Origin: Acidimicrobiales bacterium | Lineage (GTDB): Bacteria > Actinomycetota > Acidimicrobiia > Acidimicrobiales > Aldehydirespiratoraceae | DNA length: 64,000 bases | Direction of reading: 5' to 3' | Assembly: GCA_965200005.1 (NCBI GenBank) | Contig: OZ241331.1 | Coordinates: 641,054-705,053, forward strand | Shown: in pieces, positions 28,563 through 35,937 of the stretch | How the letters are laid out: every line of letters begins with the position of its first letter | How positions within the stretch are numbered: the first letter of the stretch is position 1 | Position numbers and translations under genes: made by a program | The notes under the pieces: generated by a model | What the model was told of the DNA's origin: nothing | Databases searched by the model: none | What the model saw: the letters and a program-made list of their open reading frames with translations, nothing else

Positions 28563-28604
28563 CTTCGCCCTCCGTAACCTCGTTGATTCGCTGCCGAGGT
28601 GAGG

Positions 28605-29348
28605 TTACGTAGTCTCGCAGGCGGTTATGAAGTTTTCGTATAGCTGTTTGGCGTTGGCTACAAAGCCGGTCATGTGTTGATCGGCCGCGGTTTCTAGTTG
28701 CTCCAACGCGCCCGGGCCGAGTGTTGACTCCAAGGCGCGGCGGTAAGCGTCGATAGCAGCCCAGTTGCGCACCGTGTCGTCTTCGACCTCCACGTGATAT
28801 TGCATCGACCAGGCACATGGCCCCACACGCATGGCTTGCACACCACACATCGGCGAACTAGCGAGCACAACTGCATCCTCGGGCGGCTGCGCTACCCGCA
28901 CCGAGTGCCACTGCAGCGCATGTTGATGCTCACTCATGCCCGCAAAGATCGGATCGGCTCGTCCCTCGGATGTTAGCTCAACGCCCATCACTCCGATCTC
29001 GGGAGGTCGCTGTGGCCCGCAAGTGCCGCCGAGAGCGTCAGCAAGCAGTTGATGCCCGAGGCACACGCCCAGGAATGGACGCTGAAGTTCGTTTACCCAG
29101 TGCCTGATGGCTCGCTTTTCGGGAATGAGCCATGGATGTTCGTCCACATCCCACACATCCATGGGTCCGCCCATCACCCACAAAGCGTCATAGTCATCGA
29201 GGGCTGGAATGGGTTCGCCCTCGTCTAACTCGACAGCCGTCCAGGCGATGCCGTCGGCGCGCAGGAAGTCACGCAAACGCCCCGGATGCTCGCAGTCGAT
29301 GTGTTGAAACACCAGAAGTCGCACAACTCTCTTAACTACCATGTTCAC
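28605..29348 (-). CDS. class-I glutamine amidotransferase-like protein
   Basis: Nucleophile elbow GVCLGHQLLA and the later MQYHVE histidine motif; 247 aa. Confidence 0.8.
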   Translation of the reverse strand: MNMVVKRVVRLLVFQHIDCEHPGRLRDFLRADGIAWTAVELDEGEPIPALDDYDALWVMGGPMDVWDVDEHPWLIPEKRAIRHWVNELQRPFLGVCLGHQLLADALGGTCGPQRPPEIGVMGVELTSEGRADPIFAGMSEHQHALQWHSVRVAQPPEDAVVLASSPMCGVQAMRVGPCAWSMQYHVEVEDDTVRNWAAIDAYRRALESTLGPGALEQLETAADQHMTGFVANAKQLYENFITACETT

Positions 29349-29471
29349 CTCAAGCGCGCATCAGTTGTGCAACTTCACGATGAACCGGTAGACAAGGCCT
29401 GAGCCGATGCGTAGCTTTGTGAGTATTGGCCTTTCCCACCGATTGACGGCGCGGCGCAACCGGCGCTGGAG

Positions 29472-30260
29472 TCACCGCTGATCACTAGAACGGGAGTCTG
29501 CGTCTCGTCGCCTGGGGCGCTCAGGGCTTAGGGGACTGTCCAGTTCGTCTCCTTCCCTCACCTTCCAGAGCTTGGCGGGCCGACCGCCCCGGCGACCCGA
29601 TGCCGCGCGCCTCTGTGTGGGGGTGAGGAAGCCCTTGCGCTGCCTGACCTTGCGCTGGAAGTTGCCGGGGTCGAGTTGCACTTCCCAGATCGCCTCGTAG
29701 ACCTCCTGAAGTTCCCGGATCGTGAATTCGGGTCGGCAGAAACGATGAGCGATGTTGGTGGTCTCTATACGCCTCTTTAGGCGCCGAACAGTCTCATCCA
29801 GCGTGTGGCGATGGTTGAACGCAAGTCTCACCCTCCCACTTCGGGCCTCAGCTACCGGGATCATCTCGGCATAGGCAGCGTTGATGCCGCGTCCGAGCGG
29901 GACCTTCGAGAGATGGGCAACAACAGTCCAGTAAGCGACTGTCAACACCGGGAGCCGCTGGTTGCCTCCGACCTGTGCATAGGCGCCTAACTGCTGAAGT
30001 GCTTGCGTCTCAATGACAATCCCGGTTCCCCGCTGAAGCTCCCGGATAGCCGTGCGTTCCAGCGATTCGTTGGCACGCACGAACCCACCTGGTAGCGACC
30101 ACGCACCCTTAAAGGGGGGGGGGTTGGATCGCTGGGTGAGCAACACCCGTAGCTCACGATCGACGATTGTCAACACCGCGACATTGACGGTGACGACGAA
30201 CGGTGTTGCGCCCTGGGGTTCTCTCGAACGAGACGCACTTGTCAAGGAATCCTCCCACAC
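29472..30260 (-). CDS. NrtR-like regulator (catalytically degenerate Nudix domain plus winged helix)
   Basis: The Nudix box GGFVRANESLERTAIRELQRGTGI lacks the EE pair (it reads QR). The C-terminal FTIRELQEVYEAIWEVQLDPGNFQRKV matches the NrtR wHTH signature. Confidence 0.75.
   Translation of the reverse strand: MWEDSLTSASRSREPQGATPFVVTVNVAVLTIVDRELRVLLTQRSNPPPFKGAWSLPGGFVRANESLERTAIRELQRGTGIVIETQALQQLGAYAQVGGNQRLPVLTVAYWTVVAHLSKVPLGRGINAAYAEMIPVAEARSGRVRLAFNHRHTLDETVRRLKRRIETTNIAHRFCRPEFTIRELQEVYEAIWEVQLDPGNFQRKVRQRKGFLTPTQRRAASGRRGGRPAKLWKVREGDELDSPLSPERPRRRDADSRSSDQR
30114..30123. repeat. G10 (C10 on coding strand) homopolymer inside the NrtR-like CDS
   Basis: aaaGGGGGGGGGGttgg on the plus strand; it encodes N-P-P-P-F on the minus strand. 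Confidence 0.95.
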
Positions 30261-30367
30261 CGGAACCGCACCGTAGCCAGCCCCTGCGGGGGAGGTTTAT
30301 GTCATTATGCAAATTACTTGCGGATCCGGTTACAGTCTGATCGACACAAACTAGAAGAGAGGACGAA

Positions 30368-31368
30368 ATGGACGCAAGAAGTGATCTTCTTCAGAGATTC
30401 GGACAGGAAGCAGCTGACCGCATGACAGCGGTAATGGGCACACCCAACATCGGCGATCCGTCAGTGCAGCCTGCCGCTCCCGAGAGGGCGCTGGGAGCCC
30501 TAATGGGAGTGTTCAAGTGCAAGGTTTCAGGTGGCGTACGCCACGACTGGCATGCGAGCACCGAAATGGACCTGCTGACCCAATTGACCCTCGTTACTGC
30601 CGACAGTTTGATTGCTGGCACGGACGACCATCCAGCTCGCCTAGCTGCACGACTGGTGGGATTTGACATCAACACAACAGGAACACAACAGGGCTCGCAA
30701 CGCGTCGAACCCAAAGCCGGCTGCGAGCCGGTCAACCGTGGTGGCTGGCAGGCGAGGCTCAGTCTGCAGGTGCTGCGGCAGCAGCGCGTTGCACTGCCTT
30801 TGGCCTGCGTTGGGCGGGCGACCCACAGCGAGCAGCGTACGAAGCGGCCATTTCGGCGTCGGTCACCCATGGTCACCCAGCCGCAGTCGCTGGTGCAGCT
30901 GCAATCGGCGCGGGTGTTGCACTGGCTGCAAGCGGAGATGGCCCTCTCGGTTTGGCGTGGTTGGATGAGGTGACTTCCATCTGCGCGAGCTTTAGACGTG
31001 AAGCAGTGGGTGGCGAACAATTGATCGAGAAGTTGAGGGCCTTGATTCCGTTGCTGTCCGGCGTCACTGGGCTAAAAGGTGGCGTCACTGGGCAAAAGAG
31101 CATTGCCTCAGCACCTCCACCGTCGTCGATCGGCACCGATCTGACACAACAACTTAGGTGGATCGGTACCCGTCCAATCGCAACCCAAGCAGTACCAGCG
31201 GCGCTCTTGTGTGCGATCAGGACACGCGTTTTGGACCATACGGCCAAGTGTGCATTCCGGGCACATCCGGGTGCAGTAGAGGTAGCGGTGATGGCAAGTG
31301 CTCTGGTTGGGGCACGCTACGGGCGAACGCGCCCTCAACGCCTGATAGCGGACTCAACAACCAGGTAA
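30368..31368 (+). pseudogene. ADP-ribosylglycohydrolase (ARH/DraG) family gene interrupted by an 11-nt tandem duplication
   Basis: The N-terminal part lies in the frame of ORF 30368 (RALGALMG, TADSLIAGTDDHP). After 30692 the protein continues in the frame of ORF 30952 (GLATRR..SAGAAAAAR..AISASVTHGHPAAVAGAAAIGAGVALA..ALVGARYG). Deleting one copy of AACACAACAGG restores a single frame. Confidence 0.7.
30671..30692. repeat. perfect 11-nt tandem duplication AACACAACAGG x2
   Basis: Read directly: 30671-30681 equals 30682-30692. Confidence 0.97.
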
Positions 31369-31376
31369 GACAAATC

Positions 31377-32225
31377 GTGGACGTTGCCACCAAATTGAGT
31401 CGGCAGACGCAACATCAAGAGAATCCAAGACCGGGTCACATCGATACCCGTTCGCAGAATCCGCAAACTTCACATGGCTCGCAAACATCGCCTGGTTCGC
31501 AGGGTGGTGGGACCACCATTGGTGGCTCGACAACCGCGCCGGTTCACGTGTCGTTCCTGCTCGACAGGTCAGGTTCGATGTCGGGGCTTGAGACTGACGT
31601 CGTCAACGGCTTCAACAAGCTCCTCGCCGATCAGCGCAAGCAGCCTGGCGATTGCCGGGTGACACTCGTGCAATTCGACACCGAAGACCCATTTGAAGTC
31701 TTGCTTGACGCTGTGTCACTGCAGGTTGCACCCGATCTAACACTTGACCGTTACCAGCCTCGAGGCGGTACCCCACTGCTTGACGCTCTAGGTGACCTGA
31801 TCACCTCCGTTGACCGACGCCTTCAGAGGCAGGGCAACACGCCACTGTGGAACACCGGCTCACAGCTCTCTGAAGATCAGATGATTGTTGTGTTTACCGA
31901 TGGGGCCGAGAACTCCAGCAGGCGATGGAAGCGGTCTGACTTGTTCGACATGATCACTCGGCGCAAACAGGCAGGCTGGTCGTTTGTGTTCATGGGAGCC
32001 AATCAAGACAGTTACGCGGAGGCCGGTGGCATCGGATTCGACGCCGCAAACGTCCAGAACTTCCGCGCCGACAGCCGGGGAGCCGAGTCGAGTTTTGCGG
32101 CTCTGAGCCTTAGTGCGGGCCGCTTCAGAGCTGCAGGAGGTTCTGCGAGAAGACGCCTCAGCCGAGACGCCTTTGAAGGCGTCAAGGACGCCGAAGACGA
32201 CCTTCAACAACGAGGCAACCCCTAA
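31377..32225 (+). CDS. cytoplasmic von Willebrand factor A (vWA) domain protein
   Basis: MIDAS motif LLDRSGSMSG, GGTPLLDAL and FTDGAENSS. The GTG start lies 8 nt after the ARH stop. The Q/S/G-rich N-terminus has no signal peptide. Confidence 0.75.
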   Translation: MDVATKLSRQTQHQENPRPGHIDTRSQNPQTSHGSQTSPGSQGGGTTIGGSTTAPVHVSFLLDRSGSMSGLETDVVNGFNKLLADQRKQPGDCRVTLVQFDTEDPFEVLLDAVSLQVAPDLTLDRYQPRGGTPLLDALGDLITSVDRRLQRQGNTPLWNTGSQLSEDQMIVVFTDGAENSSRRWKRSDLFDMITRRKQAGWSFVFMGANQDSYAEAGGIGFDAANVQNFRADSRGAESSFAALSLSAGRFRAAGGSARRRLSRDAFEGVKDAEDDLQQRGNP

Positions 32226-32265
32226 AGCGTCGTGGGGCGGTTTAGGAAACGGTTCTTCTTGGGGG
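32222..32265. repeat. 44-nt direct repeat, left copy (relic of SDR gene 3' end)
   Basis: CTAAAGCGTCGTGGGGCGGTTTAGGAAACGGTTCTTCTTGGGGG matches 33845..33888 with 2 mismatches. On the minus strand it encodes PKKNRFLNRPTTL-stop. Confidence 0.95.
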
Positions 32266-32290
32266 GGTCGAGCCATCTGCCACGACTCGC

Positions 32291-32717
32291 CTACAAATCC
32301 AGGCTGTGGCCTCTGTGTCGGATCAAATCGAGCCCTGGAATCCCTTCAAAATCGCCATCGTGTGAGGCAAGGGGACAACGTAGAGTCATGGCATTTGCCG
32401 CTATCCATGCATCCGAACGTGCTCAGTTGGCGTCCTGCACTCGCTTGACGGTGCCGCAGATGCGCGGATGTCTCAACCACCTCGAGCGTTGGCCACGCGA
32501 TGTCGTACTGGTCAAGGTGAAGTAGGAGTTCGTTCGTACGACGAGCACCCCACCTCTTCTTCACGGCACCGAACAACATCTCCTCGACAGTCTGAAACGA
32601 AACAAAGGGGTGCATGCCAGCAGTCTTGTCAACGTAGTAGGAGGTGTCAGAGTCCTCCCGAAGCATCAGCGACACGACGGATGTGTCACGCACTACTAAG
32701 GAAAGTGGCGCGTTCAA
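32291..32717 (-). pseudogene. VapC-like PIN-domain toxin, disrupted (frameshift plus in-frame TGA)
   Basis: The N-terminal part VVRDTSVV...FQTVEEMLFGA is in one frame. The C-terminal part ICGTVKRVQDAN-TGA-ARSDAWIAANAMTLRCPLASHDGDFEGIPGLDLI is in another. The TTG start overlaps the upstream stop (TTGA). Confidence 0.7.
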
Positions 32718-33565
32718 CCTGCTCGACCTTCCAAGATTGCGGCGTTGAAAGACTCCCACTCCTCCTTCGTTAGGTCGACGCGTGGTATCGCGCGCGGGTC
32801 GAATGCACGAGGGTCGGAATCGCGAAGCATGGCGTCTAGGTCAAAAGGCTCGGACCATGAGCGCGTTCCTTCCAACTGGCGTACCTCGACCTCACTGAAC
32901 TCTCCATTTCGGTCAAGATGGCCTCTCCCCCGGACTTCAATGAATTGCGTTGCGAGTCGTAACATTTCGAGATCGAAATCCGCGTCAAACGTCAACTTCA
33001 CATAGCCACCCTCAAAGTCATGAAGTTGCGCTGTGCGTTTGCGCCAGTTGACCTCATTCAACCAACCTCGAAGCAGAGTGTCAATGACTTCAATGTCTTC
33101 AACAGCGGAGTAAGTGGTCTCCTGGCGGGGGATCTGCAGAACCCGTCGGTTGTCGGGTACGCCAAACCAGATGCTTGACTCAGTTGGTAGGGACTTTGCC
33201 ATCCCGAAGAGGCAGTCAGTCACGGACTTCGGCAGGTTTGAATCCTCCTCTCCGTCCCACTCGCTGAGCGCCCCTATGGCTTGCTGTCCATAGCCATAGA
33301 GCGTCATCTGCTTACCGGAAGGCTGCGCAATCGTTACCTCCATCACAAGGGACCCTGGCCTCGTACTCGCGATCCGCAACGTGCTCTCGTCGCGAACCCA
33401 GCGCGGAGGACTGCCCGGACCTGGCTCACGCCCACCCAAGTGCATCACCATGAGTCGAACTGCGTTGCGAATGCCATCCAAAACAGTTGCGAGGTCGTCA
33501 ACTCCAACGCCCAAGTCATCAGAGCGTGTGTCTTCAATGGTCACTATGAGGGAATATCTCGTCAC
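32714..33565 (-). CDS. hypothetical 283-aa protein in antitoxin position upstream of the PIN pseudogene
   Basis: Intact ORF with no motif I recognise. Its stop overlaps the PIN start by 4 nt. Confidence 0.6.
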   Translation of the reverse strand: MTRYSLIVTIEDTRSDDLGVGVDDLATVLDGIRNAVRLMVMHLGGREPGPGSPPRWVRDESTLRIASTRPGSLVMEVTIAQPSGKQMTLYGYGQQAIGALSEWDGEEDSNLPKSVTDCLFGMAKSLPTESSIWFGVPDNRRVLQIPRQETTYSAVEDIEVIDTLLRGWLNEVNWRKRTAQLHDFEGGYVKLTFDADFDLEMLRLATQFIEVRGRGHLDRNGEFSEVEVRQLEGTRSWSEPFDLDAMLRDSDPRAFDPRAIPRVDLTKEEWESFNAAILEGRAG

Positions 33566-33844
33566 GCGTTCCTCCCGCTCTCTTGTTGGGGTTGGACTCC
33601 TAGTCTCGCGGAGTCTTCGTCTCGAATAGAGGCGGCACCGACAGTGGCCGCTTCGATAGTCGTTGGCACACTTCGGGAGTGGCGATGACGCAAGCTACCC
33701 GCTCAGCCGCTGCCCCATGGTTGTCAGATCGAACCTAGGGAGTCACTCGCTGAAGCTGCTGCCTGCAGGCGACCTTCAAACCGGGAAGCGACCTCCGGAT
33801 GTCCATCCAGGGAACGGGATGCTCTCCGCAGATTGTCCGGCCCC

Positions 33845-33888
33845 CTAGAGCGTGGTGGGGCGGTTTAGGAAACGGTTCTTCTTGGGGG
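33845..33888. repeat. 44-nt direct repeat, right copy (functional 3' end of SDR gene)
   Basis: See 32222..32265. Confidence 0.95.
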
Positions 33889-34705
33889 AGTAGAACCAGC
33901 CGCTGGTGGCGAGGGTGCCGCCGTCTGCGGGGATGTTTGCGCCGGTTACGAAGGATGACAGGTCGCTGGCAAGAAAGAGTGCTACACGTGCCTGGTCTTC
34001 GGGCCAGCCGAGCCGGCCGACTGGGGCCCACGACTCCCAGAGTTCATCGTGTTGCTCGTAGCCCGCTTTGTAATCCACTTGGGGGGTCTGGGTTAGGTCT
34101 GTGCCAATGCCGTTGACCCGGATGCCGAAGCGACCGTAGCCAGCAGCAAGCGAAGTCGTGAAGTGAGCTACAGCTGCTTTCATTGCCGCATACACCGGTT
34201 CACCCGGAAAACCACGCATGCCTTCAACTGAGTGAATGTTGACAATCGTGCCTTTGCCGGCATCCATCATGGCGGGGAGAAACGCCCTAGTTACGAGCAA
34301 GACGTGATGAAAATTGATGTGATACATCGCTTGCCACGACCCAGGTGACGACTCATGGAAGCGCACCAGTGGCCGGTAGTCGCCGACGTTGTTGACCAGT
34401 ACATCAACCCTGCGTTCTTCGGACAGAACAGCTTCACATAGCCGGTTTACATCTGATGACTTGCGTACATCCACCACATGCAAACGAGCAATGCCACCAG
34501 CAGCGACGATGTCAGCAACAGTCCGTTGGCCACGGTCTTTGTCGATGTCAGCAATCTCTACCTGCGCACCGTGAGCAGCGAAGAGTTTGCTGATCGCCCC
34601 ACCAATTCCGTCGCCGCCACCCGTGACGACTGCAACCCGTCCATCTAACAGACGCGAATAGTCATCAATTCGAGGCAACCGCTCCACCGAGTCGCGTCTA
34701 GTCAT
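33845..34705 (-). CDS. SDR-family oxidoreductase
   Basis: Cofactor motif VAVVTGGGDGIGGA, NNVG, and the catalytic YAAMKAAV (YxxxK). Confidence 0.9.
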   Translation of the reverse strand: MTRRDSVERLPRIDDYSRLLDGRVAVVTGGGDGIGGAISKLFAAHGAQVEIADIDKDRGQRTVADIVAAGGIARLHVVDVRKSSDVNRLCEAVLSEERRVDVLVNNVGDYRPLVRFHESSPGSWQAMYHINFHHVLLVTRAFLPAMMDAGKGTIVNIHSVEGMRGFPGEPVYAAMKAAVAHFTTSLAAGYGRFGIRVNGIGTDLTQTPQVDYKAGYEQHDELWESWAPVGRLGWPEDQARVALFLASDLSSFVTGANIPADGGTLATSGWFYSPKKNRFLNRPTTL

Positions 34706-34861
34706 CTGCGAAATTCAACACCGGCGAAGTTCATGCCGAAGCCTGCATCCCGGCGCCTGCCGAGTCGCGCTTAGTTGTCTGCGAGAAACTGCAAGCTTGA
34801 TCTGGGCGGAAGAGGTCGACGACTGTCGACTCTGAGACACACGGCACGACGCAAGAGACGA

Positions 34862-35518
34862 TCAGTCGGCCAGGCCAGGGACGACATCGGTCTCATACGT
34901 GAGTGTGATTGCACGTAAACCTGGAGCTGACAGCTCGGCACGGAAACTCTTGCTTGGTCGGATGTCGCCAATCACTGGGACTGTTCCAGTGAAGGCAACA
35001 AAACAGTGCGGTCGCTGGTGCCAGGAGATAGCGGACACCAACTCAGATGGTGCAATGTTGGCTGAAACTGGGCCGTCCTGGTATGCAACGTTATTATCGA
35101 TCCAACTTCGCAGACTCGGCGAATCCCAATTGTCACTGACATCAGACAACGACCAGCCACTTGAAGCGACTGGCTTGTGGCAAACACCCTTAGACGCCAC
35201 GATGTCAACCGACTCAAGAACACGGTCGGTGTGATCGGAACCCACAGTCACGAACGTGTCGTTGCCATCGACTACTAGCACCACCTCGGCTTCACCCGAT
35301 GTCTCACTGCCGCTCACAACAACCCGATCTGATTGGCTGATCAACCACGGCGGGAACACCATGTGAAACGGGATAGTCGGTGGGCGTGGCACACCCAGTT
35401 CCGCTAACTCATCAATGTGGGCTTCAACCGCAGCTCGATCACGGCCCGCGTAACCGATAACGACCAGCGCCTCGGGATTGAACTCTCGCGACTTGCCATC
35501 AATGAGTAATCGCATCAA
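34862..35518 (-). CDS. conserved hypothetical protein (possibly DUF2848 family)
   Basis: 218-aa ORF with good coding look. The family assignment is from memory only. Confidence 0.5.
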   Translation of the reverse strand: MMRLLIDGKSREFNPEALVVIGYAGRDRAAVEAHIDELAELGVPRPPTIPFHMVFPPWLISQSDRVVVSGSETSGEAEVVLVVDGNDTFVTVGSDHTDRVLESVDIVASKGVCHKPVASSGWSLSDVSDNWDSPSLRSWIDNNVAYQDGPVSANIAPSELVSAISWHQRPHCFVAFTGTVPVIGDIRPSKSFRAELSAPGLRAITLTYETDVVPGLAD

Positions 35519-35523
35519 ACCGG

Positions 35524-35895
35524 CTATGGGTTGTAGCCGCCGGTGCGGAACTCAACCATCAGCACACCTTCTTCTGTAGTCCACGGACCATGGGGCATTC
35601 CGGGTGGGCGGCAGGCGTACATTCCCGCGGTGAACGTCTCACCGAGACGCAAATCGGTCAAGTCACCCTGGACGATGTAGACCTCCTCCCAGAAATCGTG
35701 TGTCAATACACCATTGGCAGAGGAGTCCACTCCCGGAGCGAAACGCATCAAGCGCGTATAGGCACCGTCGGGCTGCCCATCAGTTGACAGGATCATCTCG
35801 TCGATTCCGGTAACGTCTCCGCCCGCAGGACGCCATTCACCTTCGGGAATATGGAACTCCAGTTCAGGTTTGCTAGCCATCTGTTCTCTCCTCAC
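35524..35895 (-). CDS. cupin-domain protein
   Basis: 123 aa. The HDFWEEVYIVQGD...PPGMPHGP pattern is typical of small cupins. Confidence 0.65.
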   Translation of the reverse strand: MRREQMASKPELEFHIPEGEWRPAGGDVTGIDEMILSTDGQPDGAYTRLMRFAPGVDSSANGVLTHDFWEEVYIVQGDLTDLRLGETFTAGMYACRPPGMPHGPWTTEEGVLMVEFRTGGYNP

Positions 35896-35937
35896 ACTTC
35901 TTCGAGAAACTTCTTCGAGTCAACAAGCCTGCAGCAA

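Noticed and set aside
30391-31020. A 209-aa minus-strand ORF overlapping the ARH gene.
   Set aside because: It is antisense to a region with clear ARH-family motifs on the plus strand. Its composition (R/S/C-rich) is typical of spurious antisense ORFs in GC-rich DNA.
32400-32440. The in-frame TGA inside the PIN gene as a selenocysteine codon, given selA/selB in the window.
   Set aside because: The gene also carries a frameshift. PIN toxins are not known selenoproteins. The position aligns with an ordinary residue before the conserved D-x-W-I-A-A motif, so a nonsense mutation is the simpler reading.
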